Of a DNA stretch of 64,000 nt, positions 9,861 through 19,589 are shown one piece after another. The translations under genes and the position numbers were made by a program. Each line of letters opens with the position of its first letter. Position 1 is the stretch's first letter. This stretch comes from an uncultured Actinomycetota bacterium (GTDB lineage: Bacteria; Actinomycetota; Thermoleophilia; Solirubrobacterales; Solirubrobacteraceae), in NCBI GenBank assembly GCA_963801435.1, contig CAWDFE010000029.1:80273-144272 (forward strand), in the 5' to 3' direction. Under the pieces are notes generated by a model. It did no database searches. It saw nothing but the letters and a program-made list of their open reading frames with translations, and was not told the DNA's origin.

Positions 9861-11726
9861 GTGCTCCGCCCACCGCCCACCGCCCACCGCCACAGCCGGC
9901 GGATCCTCGTGCCGGTGCTGCTCGCGCTCGTGTGCTTCGGCGTGCCCGCCGCCGCCGGCGCCGCGACGACCAGCGGCAGCGGCCTCACCGGGCTGCCGGG
10001 TCCCGCCTCGGGCACGCGGGCCAGCGTCACGACGGTGACCAAGACCGTGACCAAGACCGTCGCCGCGTCGGGGTCCCCAGTGCTCGTCACCTCGTTGACC
10101 ACGCCACCCAGCGGCTACCGGCTGACCGCCGCGAAGGTTCTGGCGCTCGCCCGGGCCGATCCCCGGGTCCGGGCGGAGCTGCGCAACCACAGCAAGGCGG
10201 TGCCCTACGAGTACACCAAGGGCTTCCCGACCTGGCAGGTGAGCTGGTTCTCCCACACCAAGCCCCAGCGCGAACTGCTCCAGGTCTACGTCGACGACAA
10301 CACCGGCGCGGTCACCCAGGCATGGACCGGCTTTCAGGTCGCGTGGACGATGGCCCGCGGGTACCCCGGAGCATTCGGGCGCCGCGTGAACGCCTGGTAC
10401 ATCTGGGTTCCGTTCTGCATCCTATTCGCCGCGCCGTTCATCCCCGTGTCCTTCCGGCGCCCTCGGCATCCGGCCTCGTCTGAAGGTGCCGAGGACACGT
10501 CGTCCGGCCGCCGGCGGCCGAGCCTGTGGCACCTGGACATCCTGGTGCTGCTGAGCTTCTCGATCTCGCTGGCGTTCTTCAACCACGCCGCGATCGGGCT
10601 CTCCGTCCCGCTGGTCTATCCGCCGCTCATCTACCTGATGATCCGGCTGCTGCTGCTCGCCAACGGCCGCGGGCGGCCCAGCCGGCCGCTGCACACGCTG
10701 GCGCCGACCTCGTGGCTGGCTGTGGGGACCGTGTTCCTCATGGCCTTCCGTATCGGCCTCAACATCCTCAACTCCAACGTGATCGACGTGGGCTACTCGG
10801 GCGTGATCGGCGCCGACAAGCTGATCCACGGCGCCCCGCTCTACGGCCACTGGCCCCACGACAACATGTACGGGGATACGTATGGACCGGTGAGCTACTT
10901 CCTCTACGTCCCGTTCCGCCTCATCTTCGGCTGGAGCGGCACCTGGGACTCGTTGCCGGCCGCCCACGGGGCCGCCATCTTCTTCGACTTGCTCACGCTC
11001 GCGGGCTTGTATCTGCTCGGACGCCGGCTCAAGGGCAGCTCGCTCGGCGTGGTGCTGGCCTACTGCTGGGCCGCCTATCCCTTCACGCTCTACGCGCTGA
11101 ACTCCAACACCAACGACAGCCTCGTGGGCGCCTCGCTGGTGTTTGCCCTTTTGGCCATCCGCTCGGCGCCGGGCCGCGGCGTGATGGCGGCGCTGGCGGG
11201 CATGACCAAGTTCGCTCCGTTCGCGCTGGCCCCCCTGCTCCTGCGCGGCACCGATGAGCGGCTGCGCTGGCGCTCGGTCATCGCCTATGGCGCGGCCTTC
11301 GCCGTCACCGTTGTGGTGACGATGCTGCCCGTCCTGCTCCATCACGACCTCAAGGCGTTCTGGGACGACTCCATCCTCTACCAGTCAGATCGCACCACGC
11401 CGTTCTCGGTCTGGGGGCTGTGGGGCGGACTCGGCGGACTGCAGAGCCTGCTCCAGGGCGCGGTGGTCGCGCTGGCGCTCGGCGCCGCGTTCGTGCCGTC
11501 GCGCCGGGGGGTGGTGGAGGTGGCGGCCCTGGGCGCCGGCATCCTCATCGCGCTGCAGCTCACCCTCAACTACTGGCTGTATCCCTACATCGTCTGGTTC
11601 TTCCCGCTGGCGATCATCGCCCTCGTGGCCACCCACCCCGACGGTCACGAACGACCGCTGGAGGCGTGGGCGGACGCCACTGGCCCCGATGCGGAGCCGG
11701 TGCGGATCCGCATCGCCTCTACGTGA
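9861..11726 (+). CDS. GT-C fold glycosyltransferase (GT87-like) with an N-terminal extracytoplasmic domain
   Basis: DVGY, YGP..YF, N..ND and TKFAP motifs; many TM helices; signal peptide plus Thr-rich linker. Confidence 0.75.
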   Translation: MLRPPPTAHRHSRRILVPVLLALVCFGVPAAAGAATTSGSGLTGLPGPASGTRASVTTVTKTVTKTVAASGSPVLVTSLTTPPSGYRLTAAKVLALARADPRVRAELRNHSKAVPYEYTKGFPTWQVSWFSHTKPQRELLQVYVDDNTGAVTQAWTGFQVAWTMARGYPGAFGRRVNAWYIWVPFCILFAAPFIPVSFRRPRHPASSEGAEDTSSGRRRPSLWHLDILVLLSFSISLAFFNHAAIGLSVPLVYPPLIYLMIRLLLLANGRGRPSRPLHTLAPTSWLAVGTVFLMAFRIGLNILNSNVIDVGYSGVIGADKLIHGAPLYGHWPHDNMYGDTYGPVSYFLYVPFRLIFGWSGTWDSLPAAHGAAIFFDLLTLAGLYLLGRRLKGSSLGVVLAYCWAAYPFTLYALNSNTNDSLVGASLVFALLAIRSAPGRGVMAALAGMTKFAPFALAPLLLRGTDERLRWRSVIAYGAAFAVTVVVTMLPVLLHHDLKAFWDDSILYQSDRTTPFSVWGLWGGLGGLQSLLQGAVVALALGAAFVPSRRGVVEVAALGAGILIALQLTLNYWLYPYIVWFFPLAIIALVATHPDGHERPLEAWADATGPDAEPVRIRIAST

Positions 11727-12519
11727 TCCCGTCGGCCGGCTCGAGCAGCTGGCGGATGGCCACCGCCCGCCGCGGCTCCTCGCCGGTCGTGATCAGCACC
11801 GCGTTGAGCCACGGATCCTCGGTGGAGGTCTCGAAGCGGACCGGCATCTTGGTGGCCATCGCCTCGATCGCCTGCTCGCGCTTGACCCCGATGACGCCGC
11901 CGCGCGGCCCGGTCATCCCGACGTCGGTGATGTAGGCGGTCCCGCCGGGCAGGATCCGCGCGTCGGCGGTGGGCACGTGCGTGTGCGTGCCCAGGACGGC
12001 GGTCACGCGCCCGTCCAGGTACCAGCCCATGCCGACCTTCTCGCTGGTCGCCTCGCCGTGCATGTCAACGAGGATGTGGTCAGCCTCGCCGCGCAGCGCA
12101 TGCAGAGCGGCATCGGCCTCGGCGAACGCAGGCCGGCCCGCGTCCATGAACAGGTTGCCCGAAAGCGACAGCACTGCGAGCGAGGCCCCGTCGCGCTCCA
12201 CCACACACCAACCGTGTCCGGGCTGGCTGCGCAGGAAGTTCGCCGGGCGCAGGATCTCCTTGCGCTCGTCCAGGTAGGCGTAGATGTCGCGCTGGCGGTA
12301 GGTGTGGTTGCCCAGCGTGATGACGTCCACGCCGGCGGCGAACAGCTGGTCGGCGATCTTGGGGGTGATCCCCAGGCCGCCGGCCGCGTTCTCGCCGTTG
12401 ACGACCACGAAGTCCGGGGCGAGCCGGTCGCGCAGCGCGGGCAGCATCCCCAGCAGGGTGCGCTTGCCCAAGCCTCCCACGAGGTCGCCGGCGAACAGGA
12501 TGTTGACGGCTCGTGCCAT
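11719..12519 (-). CDS. YmdB/TIGR00282 metallophosphoesterase
   Basis: GDLVG, NGENAAGG, TLGNH, DMHGEATSEK and GTHTHV motifs. Confidence 0.93.
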   Translation of the reverse strand: MARAVNILFAGDLVGGLGKRTLLGMLPALRDRLAPDFVVVNGENAAGGLGITPKIADQLFAAGVDVITLGNHTYRQRDIYAYLDERKEILRPANFLRSQPGHGWCVVERDGASLAVLSLSGNLFMDAGRPAFAEADAALHALRGEADHILVDMHGEATSEKVGMGWYLDGRVTAVLGTHTHVPTADARILPGGTAYITDVGMTGPRGGVIGVKREQAIEAMATKMPVRFETSTEDPWLNAVLITTGEEPRRAVAIRQLLEPADGIT

Positions 12520-12555
12520 TCAGAGATTGACCCCTCCCACCCTCATAATCACAGT

Positions 12556-13977
12556 ATGCGTCGATGGGCCCGACTGCGCACTGAGGCCCCGCCAGCGCCG
12601 GAGGGGGAGCCTGACGCCGAGGCCGTGGAGGCCGGCGGCCCGGTGGACGAGGAGCCGGGGGCCCGCGAGGAGCCGCGCGGCGCGGACGATCCGCAGGAGG
12701 ATCCCGGCCCGGGCCCCGAGGCGGCGAAGACGCAGGCCCGGCTCACGCCCACCCCACACCCCGCGCCGCCCGTCGTGGTGCCGCGCTGGGTGCAGATCGT
12801 GTTGCTCCCGCTCGCGATACTGGGCCTGTGGGCACTGGCGCGCGCGTCGGGCTCGGTACTGCTCATCCTCATCGTGGCCGGAACGGTGGCGCTGATCGTG
12901 GCCCCGGTCGTCCGGTTCCTGGAGGTGCTCCTCCCGCGCGGTGTGGCGATCTTCCTGGTGTACCTCGGAACGTTCGCGATCCTCGCCGGCATCGGTGTCC
13001 TGCTGGCCAGCCCGGTGACAAGCCAGATCACGCGGTTCGAGCGCAACGTGCCCGAGATCGTCCGCCACGCCAACCAGGAGCTCGACAACATCCAGCGATT
13101 CCTCAACGACCACGGGATCAACGTCCACATCCAGCAGCAGGGCCAGTCGGCGCTGCAGACGCTGCAGAAGGACGTCCTCAAGCGCTCGAGCGACATCGTG
13201 TCCTTCTCCCGGGACCTGCTGTCCGAGATCGTGACGATCGGGTTCGATTTCGTGCTCACGCTCGTGCTCTCGGTCTACCTCCTCGTCTACGGACGCGACA
13301 TCGGCAACCTGGCGCGGCGGATCATGCCGCCCGGCGACGGCACCCCTGAGGACGACTATCCCCTGCTCGTTCAGCGCGCGGTGACCGGATACGTCCGCGG
13401 CCAGCTGCTCTTCAGCCTGGTCATGGGCGGCAGCGCCGCCATCGCGCTGGAGATCCTGGGGCTGGTGGGCATCTTCCCCGCCGGTCGCGACTACGCGTTC
13501 TTCTTCGGCGCGTTCTACGGGATCATGGAGTTCATTCCGTACATCGGCCCGATCATCGGCCCGGTGCCCGCGGTCCTGGTGGCGCTGTTCGAGAGCCCGA
13601 TCACCGCCGTCTGGCTCATCCTCCTGTTCGTGGCCCTCCAGCAGCTCGAGGGCCACGTGGTCGCGCCTCAGGTGTTCCGGATCTCGCTGCGGATCAACCC
13701 CATCCTCATCATCCTGGCGCTGCTCGTCGGCTATCAGCTCTACGGGATCGCCGGGGCGCTGATCGCCCTGCCGGTGATCGCGGTCATCCGCCAGACGGTC
13801 GTGTACCTGCGCCGCCACCTGGTCCTCGAGCCCTGGGGCACGCGGGGGGTCGGGTTGGGGCTGATGTCCGATGGCCCGGATCGATGTCGGGACTGCGGCG
13901 CGCCCGCGGCCGGCGGCGATGCCTACTGCCGGTCGTGTGGGGCATCGCTCGAGCCGCGCGTGACCACTCCTCGATGA
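12556..13977 (+). CDS. AI-2E family transporter with C-terminal zinc ribbon
   Basis: GYVRGQL, IPYIGP and QQLEGHVVAP motifs; C-terminal CRDC...CRSC. Confidence 0.88.
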   Translation: MRRWARLRTEAPPAPEGEPDAEAVEAGGPVDEEPGAREEPRGADDPQEDPGPGPEAAKTQARLTPTPHPAPPVVVPRWVQIVLLPLAILGLWALARASGSVLLILIVAGTVALIVAPVVRFLEVLLPRGVAIFLVYLGTFAILAGIGVLLASPVTSQITRFERNVPEIVRHANQELDNIQRFLNDHGINVHIQQQGQSALQTLQKDVLKRSSDIVSFSRDLLSEIVTIGFDFVLTLVLSVYLLVYGRDIGNLARRIMPPGDGTPEDDYPLLVQRAVTGYVRGQLLFSLVMGGSAAIALEILGLVGIFPAGRDYAFFFGAFYGIMEFIPYIGPIIGPVPAVLVALFESPITAVWLILLFVALQQLEGHVVAPQVFRISLRINPILIILALLVGYQLYGIAGALIALPVIAVIRQTVVYLRRHLVLEPWGTRGVGLGLMSDGPDRCRDCGAPAAGGDAYCRSCGASLEPRVTTPR

Positions 13978-14681
13978 CCACGCGCGTACCGGCGTCCCCG
14001 CTCGAGGTCCGTGGCGTGACCAAGCGCTTCGGCGCTCGCGCGGCGCTGCAGGCCGTGAGCTTCGAACTGGCCGCGGGCGAGCTGGTGGGCATCGTCGGGC
14101 CCAACGGCGCCGGGAAGACGACGCTGCTCTCGATCCTCGCCGGCGTGCTCTCCCCGGACGAGGGCGAGCTCACGCTGTCGGGCCGAGATTCCGGGTGGGT
14201 TCCTCAGCAGCCGGCGCTCTACTCCAAGCTGTCGGTGGCCGAGAACCTGCGTCTGTTCGCGCGCCTGGAGAAGGTCCCCGACCCGGAGGCCGCGGTCAGG
14301 CGCATGCTGGCCCAGACCGATCTCGCGGAGCGCGCCGACGAGGAGGTGGGCAGGCTCTCGCGCGGCAACCAGCAGCGGGTCAATATCGCCATCGGCCTGC
14401 TCTCTGAGCCCTCGCTGCTGCTGCTCGACGAGCCGTCGGCGTCGCTGGACCCGCGCCAGCGCGAGCGCCTGTGGGAGTTCATCTCGGCGCTGGGCACCAC
14501 CGTGGTCTTCTCCACGCACGACGTGGGCGAGGTTGAGCGCTACGCCACCCGGGTGCTGCTGCTGGCCGACGGCGAGCTGCTCTTCACCGGCACCCCGGGC
14601 GAGCTCGAGCAGGCGGTCGGCGGCGACCCGCGCGATCTGGAGGCGGCACTGGTGAGCTTCCTGCACCAGCGCGGCCACTAA
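13974..14681 (+). CDS. ABC transporter ATP-binding protein
   Basis: GPNGAGKT, LSRGNQQR and LLLDEP motifs. Confidence 0.93.
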   Translation: MTTRVPASPLEVRGVTKRFGARAALQAVSFELAAGELVGIVGPNGAGKTTLLSILAGVLSPDEGELTLSGRDSGWVPQQPALYSKLSVAENLRLFARLEKVPDPEAAVRRMLAQTDLAERADEEVGRLSRGNQQRVNIAIGLLSEPSLLLLDEPSASLDPRQRERLWEFISALGTTVVFSTHDVGEVERYATRVLLLADGELLFTGTPGELEQAVGGDPRDLEAALVSFLHQRGH

Positions 14682-14905
14682 AGTGGCCCTGCCCGCGGAT
14701 ACGCTCGCATTCGAGGCGCGCCTGGCGGCGCCAGCATGGGCTTGCGGCCCGCTCGGCACCCTGCCTCGCCAGACCGGCCCGCGCCCATGTCATCCGGCTG
14801 TCCTCGGACCCTCGTGTAGCGCTGCTACACGTCGGGTCCTGCGTCCTCGCCTGGCATCCACCAGTCACACCTCTCGGTGCGACCGCATCCACAGCCAGGA
14901 CCACT
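14682..14905. repeat. MITE-like palindromic element (224 bp)
   Basis: Imperfect terminal inverted repeats AGTGGCCCTGCCCGCGGATACG versus revcomp AGTGGTCCTGGCTGTGGATGCG; internal hairpin 14806-14839. Confidence 0.65.
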
Positions 14906-14909
14906 GCTG

Positions 14910-16268
14910 ATGCGCTGGCTGCTCGTCAAGGACCTCCAGATCCTGCGCCGCTCGCCCCTGCTGGTGGGGCTGCTCGTGGTCTACCCGATCGCCATCGCGC
15001 TGATGATCGGGTTCGCACTGTCCAGCCCGCCGAGCAAGCCGACGGTGGCGTTCTACAACGAGGTGCCCAAGGGCCAGGGCACGATCAGCCTTGGCAGCCA
15101 GAAACTCGACGTCGCCGGCTACGTCAAGGATCTGCTCCGCTCCGTGCACCCAATCAAGGTCCACTCCCAGACCGAGGCGATCGCCGCCGTGCGCGAGGGC
15201 CGGGCCCTTGCGGCCGTGGTCATCCCGGCTGACCTGCCCCAGCAGGTCCAGAACCTCATCACCGAGGGCGTGGGCAATCCGACGGTGCAGCTGTATCTCA
15301 ACAGCAGGGATCCGATCGAGCGCCAGTACGTCGACCAGGCCATCTCCTCGCGCATCAACCAGGTCGAACAGGACGTCTCCAAGCAGGTGCTGCGCGTGGC
15401 CGTCACCGACCTGCAGCGGGTGCTCAACGGCGGCGGCGTGCAGATTCTCGGCCAGACCGTCCGGCTGCTGGGGCTTCGCAACGCGCGCACGATCGTCCAG
15501 GGCACGCTGGCCTCGCTGCCGCGCGACTCGCCGCTGCGCCCGGCGCTGGCCCAGGTCGTCAGCTTCGCCGATCTGGCCATCCAGGGCCTGGCCTTCGCCA
15601 AGCCTGTGCTGGGCACGATCGGCACGCCGCTCACCGTGAACGAGACGCAGCTGACCGGCCGCACCACGCCCACCGACGCCTACGCCGCTGCGATCGCGGT
15701 GATCGTGTCGCTGATGTTCGTCGCCATGCTGCTGGCGGCGGGGTCGCTCGCCCTCGAGCGTTCCGAGCACGCCTATCCGCGCCTCATCCGGGGCCTGGTC
15801 ACAACCGGGAGCCTGCTGTCGGAGAAGGTGGTGCTCGCCGGCGGGTGCGCGACCCTGGTAACCCTCCTGATGGCGGCCTTCGTCTCGCTCTTCGTCCATC
15901 TGGAGTGGGCCCGCTTCGCGCTGTGGCTGGTGTCGCTGGCGGTGGCGAGCGTGGCCTTCGGCGCGTTGGGGGTCGCCATCGGCGCCGTTTCACGCGAGGT
16001 GAGCGCCGCGTCGCTGATGGCGTTTCTCGTCTCCCTGCCGATCGCCTTTGTGGCGCTGGTGCCGGCCAGCGCCGTCTCGGGGACGCTGAAGACCGTGCTC
16101 GATGCCATCGCCTTCCTGTTCCCGTTCAAGGCGGCGCTCCAGGCGGTCTCCAACGCGTTCAGCGGCACCTCGCCTCCGGTCGGACTGCCGCTCCTGCACC
16201 TGGCGGTGCTCACCGCGGTCTTCGGGGGCCTCGCTCTGCTGGCGATGCGTCGGTTCGCGACGCGCTAG
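14910..16268 (+). CDS. ABC-2 type transporter permease
   Basis: MRWLLVKDLQILRR start; large extracellular loop; ALERSE motif; C-terminal TM helices. Confidence 0.88.
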   Translation: MRWLLVKDLQILRRSPLLVGLLVVYPIAIALMIGFALSSPPSKPTVAFYNEVPKGQGTISLGSQKLDVAGYVKDLLRSVHPIKVHSQTEAIAAVREGRALAAVVIPADLPQQVQNLITEGVGNPTVQLYLNSRDPIERQYVDQAISSRINQVEQDVSKQVLRVAVTDLQRVLNGGGVQILGQTVRLLGLRNARTIVQGTLASLPRDSPLRPALAQVVSFADLAIQGLAFAKPVLGTIGTPLTVNETQLTGRTTPTDAYAAAIAVIVSLMFVAMLLAAGSLALERSEHAYPRLIRGLVTTGSLLSEKVVLAGGCATLVTLLMAAFVSLFVHLEWARFALWLVSLAVASVAFGALGVAIGAVSREVSAASLMAFLVSLPIAFVALVPASAVSGTLKTVLDAIAFLFPFKAALQAVSNAFSGTSPPVGLPLLHLAVLTAVFGGLALLAMRRFATR

Positions 16269-16870
16269 TGGCGGAGCAGCGCGGCGAGCGCCCCGGCGCC
16301 CCCTGACAACAGCGGCGCGCCGTGGGAGACGAGGATGCGCTCCACCGGGAGGTCGAGGAGGGGGCGCAGGAGGGCTCGCAGTTCGACCTGCGTGAGCGGC
16401 GGCTTGAGGTACTCGAGCCACGAGTCGGGGCACAATCGGATGCCGCCCGCGTCCGAGCCGATGATGCGGTCGCCGGGGACGAGCGCGCGGTGTCCGGGCA
16501 GCCAGAACATCGTCTCGTCGGCGGCGGGGAAGCGGACGGCCTGCACGCCCGGCGGGAGGCTGCGCAGGCTGGTGACCACCTCCCCGCCGTAGCGCCCGGC
16601 CACTGCCTTCCGGCTGCGGCCGTGAAAGCGGATGGTGGTGAGGACGTCGACGGTTCGGGAGCCGACGGCCTCATCAGACCAGGTCCAGAACGCCGCCTCA
16701 TCGGCCGGCAGCAGCGGATCGACGAACACCGCGCGGTCAGAGACGACCGCCAGGACGCAGCCCACGTTCGGGTCCCAGTCGCCGGCGCTGTCGGGTTCGG
16801 CTCCGGCTCGCCAAGCGGGGTGCGGCGCGGTCCATCGCCACAGCCCCGGGGCGAGCTCCGCGCCCACCAC
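16265..16870 (-). CDS. MBL-fold hydrolase-like protein
   Basis: VDP, T..FH.R, GD and LVSHG motifs. Confidence 0.7.
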   Translation of the reverse strand: MVGAELAPGLWRWTAPHPAWRAGAEPDSAGDWDPNVGCVLAVVSDRAVFVDPLLPADEAAFWTWSDEAVGSRTVDVLTTIRFHGRSRKAVAGRYGGEVVTSLRSLPPGVQAVRFPAADETMFWLPGHRALVPGDRIIGSDAGGIRLCPDSWLEYLKPPLTQVELRALLRPLLDLPVERILVSHGAPLLSGGAGALAALLRH

Positions 16871-16878
16871 GCGTGAGC

Positions 16879-17103
16879 TCAGCGCTGGCCGGTCGTGCGC
16901 AGGAAGCCGAAGATGCAGACCGCGGCGACGATGAGCGCGATGATCGGCAGCCAGGCTCCGACTACGCCGACGATCGACAGCACGAGGCCCACGACGAACA
17001 CCCCTCCGGCGACGCTCCCGCCGACGACCATCCGGTAGGCGCGCTGCTCGCGCGCGCGCCTCGGGGTGTAGCTGCCACTGCCGCGTCGTTGCAGGTTGCT
17101 CAT
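16879..17103 (-). CDS. Small two-TM hypothetical protein
   Basis: MSNLQRRG...RAY followed by two hydrophobic helices. Confidence 0.65.
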   Translation of the reverse strand: MSNLQRRGSGSYTPRRAREQRAYRMVVGGSVAGGVFVVGLVLSIVGVVGAWLPIIALIVAAVCIFGFLRTTGQR

Positions 17104-17157
17104 GGTCAGCGAAGCGTAGCGCCCCCCGGGGCCGCCGCGCGGTAGGTTGTGCCAACC

Positions 17158-17436
17158 ATGGCCGACGAGGACACCTATCTGCTGCTCTACACCTACGTGG
17201 AGGACATGGCCGACCGGCGCGGCCCCTACCGCGAGGCCCACCTGGCCGCCATCCGCGCCGAGCGCGACGCCGGCCACATCACCCAGGCGGGCGCGCTGGG
17301 CACGCCGCCGACCGGAGGCGCGATCGTTTGGAAGGGCGTGACGCGCGAGGACATCGAGGCCTTCACCGCCGCTGACCCGTACGTCGCCAACGGGCTGGTC
17401 ACCGCCCAGCGCATCGAGCGCTGGAACCTCGTCTGA
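17158..17436 (+). CDS. YciI-family protein
   Basis: R.PYREAHL, AGA and DPYVANGLV motifs. Confidence 0.88.
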   Translation: MADEDTYLLLYTYVEDMADRRGPYREAHLAAIRAERDAGHITQAGALGTPPTGGAIVWKGVTREDIEAFTAADPYVANGLVTAQRIERWNLV

Positions 17437-17496
17437 GCCAGTACGCGGTGGGTGCCGCGAGGCGCCGATCAGCGCCAGTATTCTCGGATCACAGCT

Positions 17497-18480
17497 ATGT
17501 CGTTCCCGCAGACCCGCCTGCGCAGGCTCAGAGCCAATCACGCGCTGCGCGGCCTGGTGCGCGAGACGCACCTTCAGGTCGCCGACTTCGTCTACCCGAT
17601 GTTCGTGGCCCACGGGATCGACCGGCGCGAGCCGATCGCCGAGATGCCCGGCGTGGACCACCTGTCGATCGCGCACGCGGTGGAGGAGGCCGGCGAGGCC
17701 GCCGCGCTGGGGATCCCGGCGGTGCTCCTGTTCGGGCTTCCGGCCGCCAAGGACGAGGAGGGCTCGGGCGCCTGGGATGACGAGGGCGTCATCCAGCTCG
17801 CGACGCGGGCGATCAAGGACGCCCACCCCGACCTGCTGGTCATCTGCGACCTGTGCCTGTGCGAGTACACCAACCACGGCCACTGCGGCGTCCTGCGCGA
17901 CGGGCCCCACGGGCTCGGCGTGGACAACGACGCCACCCTCGAGTTGCTGTCGCGCACTGCCGTCTCGCAGGCCCGGGCCGGTGCCGACATCATCGCCCCG
18001 TCGGACATGATGGACGGCCGCGTGGGCACCATCCGCACCGCGCTGGATGACGAGGGCTACACCGAGACGCCGATCATGGCCTACTCGGCGAAGTTCGCCT
18101 CCGCGTTCTATGGCCCGTTCCGCGTCGCCGCGGACTCCGCCCCCGCCTTCGGGGACCGGCGCGGCTACCAGATGGATCCCGCCAACGGCGACGAGGCGGT
18201 GCGCGAGGCGCGCCTCGATGTCGAGGAGGGGGCCGACATCCTCATCGTCAAGCCGGCGCTGCCGTACCTGGACGTGATCCGCCGAGTCAAGGACGACACG
18301 TCCCTGCCTGTGGCCGCCTACAACGTCAGCGGCGAGTACTCGATGCTCAAGGCGGCGGCCGCCGCCGGGTACCTTGAAGAGCCCACGGCGGTCCTGGAGG
18401 TGCTGACCTCCATCCGCCGCGCCGGGGCCGACATCATCATCACCTACCACGCCAAGGACGCTGCACAATGGCTTCAATGA
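17497..18480 (+). CDS. hemB: Porphobilinogen synthase
   Basis: DLCLCEYTNHGHCG, APSDMMDGR, YSAKFAS.FYGPFR and VKPA motifs. Confidence 0.97.
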   Translation: MSFPQTRLRRLRANHALRGLVRETHLQVADFVYPMFVAHGIDRREPIAEMPGVDHLSIAHAVEEAGEAAALGIPAVLLFGLPAAKDEEGSGAWDDEGVIQLATRAIKDAHPDLLVICDLCLCEYTNHGHCGVLRDGPHGLGVDNDATLELLSRTAVSQARAGADIIAPSDMMDGRVGTIRTALDDEGYTETPIMAYSAKFASAFYGPFRVAADSAPAFGDRRGYQMDPANGDEAVREARLDVEEGADILIVKPALPYLDVIRRVKDDTSLPVAAYNVSGEYSMLKAAAAAGYLEEPTAVLEVLTSIRRAGADIIITYHAKDAAQWLQ

Positions 18481-19589
18481 AACCTCCGGGGACCGCCGCT
18501 GACGGGATCGCCGACGGCCGCCACGGTCCGAAGCTGCGCAGCCGCAAGCACGGCGCCGCGATCCCGCTCACCGATCTGGACAAGCGGCTGCTCAACCTGA
18601 TGCAGGGACGGTTCCCCATCGCCGAGCGCCCCTACCGGCACGTCGGCGGCGAGGCCGGCGTCACCGAGGTGGAGGCGATGGCGGCGGTAACGCGCCTGCT
18701 CGAGGAGCGCATCATCCGCCAGGTCACGCCGATCTTCGACACCCGCGCGCTCGGCTACTCCTCGATGCTCGTGGCGGCCAAGGTCGACCCCGACAACCCG
18801 TGGCGGGCCGCCACGATCATCAACGCCCATCCCGGGGTCTCGCACAACTACCTGCGCAACCACGAGTTCAACATCTGGTTCACGATCGCCACCGAGCCTG
18901 AGTCGAAGCTGGGGCTCCAGGGCACGCTGGACGTGCTGGCGCGCGAGGCGCGAGCCGAGTCGGTGCGCCAGCTTCCCACGCTCAAGCTGTTCAAGATCCG
19001 TATGGACCTGGAAATGGAGGCCGGCACCGACGCACTCGCGAGCGCGGCCCAAGCCGTCGAGCCCGCCGAGACCGAGGCCCAGCCCTACGACGACTTCGAC
19101 CGGGCGGTGATCCGCGCGCTCCAGGGCGACATGCCGGTGATTCCCGAGCCCTATGCGCCCGCCGCCGCCGATCTGGGGATCCCGCAGGCGCAACTGCTCG
19201 AGCACCTGCGCGGCATGCAGGAGCGCCGGTTGCTGCGGCGCGTGGCCGCGATCCTGTTTCACCGCCGCGCCGGCTTCAGCGCCAACGGCATGGGGGTGTG
19301 GCAGGTGCCTGACAAGCGCATCATGGAGCTCGGCAGGCGGATGGCGTCCTTCCGCGGCATCTCACACTGCTACCAGCGCCCGACCTATGCGGACTGGCCC
19401 TACTCGGTGTTCACGATGGCCCATGGGCGCTCCAAGGAGGAATGCGACGCCATCCTCGACTCGATCGCCGACGACACCGGCATCTCGGAGCGGGCCACGC
19501 TGTACTCGTCCACCGAGTTCAAGAAGATCCGCCTCCTGTACTTCACCGAGGACCACCGGGACTGGGAACGTCAGCACGCGGGCGTGTGA
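18477..19589 (+). CDS. Fused siroheme decarboxylase alpha/beta (AhbAB/NirDL-type, two AsnC-like halves)
   Basis: VSHNYLR and ISHCYQR motifs in the two halves; located between hemB and hemL. Confidence 0.85.
   Translation: MKPPGTAADGIADGRHGPKLRSRKHGAAIPLTDLDKRLLNLMQGRFPIAERPYRHVGGEAGVTEVEAMAAVTRLLEERIIRQVTPIFDTRALGYSSMLVAAKVDPDNPWRAATIINAHPGVSHNYLRNHEFNIWFTIATEPESKLGLQGTLDVLAREARAESVRQLPTLKLFKIRMDLEMEAGTDALASAAQAVEPAETEAQPYDDFDRAVIRALQGDMPVIPEPYAPAAADLGIPQAQLLEHLRGMQERRLLRRVAAILFHRRAGFSANGMGVWQVPDKRIMELGRRMASFRGISHCYQRPTYADWPYSVFTMAHGRSKEECDAILDSIADDTGISERATLYSSTEFKKIRLLYFTEDHRDWERQHAGV

Noticed and set aside
10035-10060. GTGACCAAGACC tandem repeat
   Set aside because: In-frame VTKT linker, two copies only; no sign of phase variation
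14683-14910. 75-aa ORF between the ABC genes
   Set aside because: Coincides with the palindromic element; not protein-like
18477-19589. Lrp/AsnC transcription regulator
   Set aside because: HxYxR motifs and hem context indicate siroheme decarboxylase
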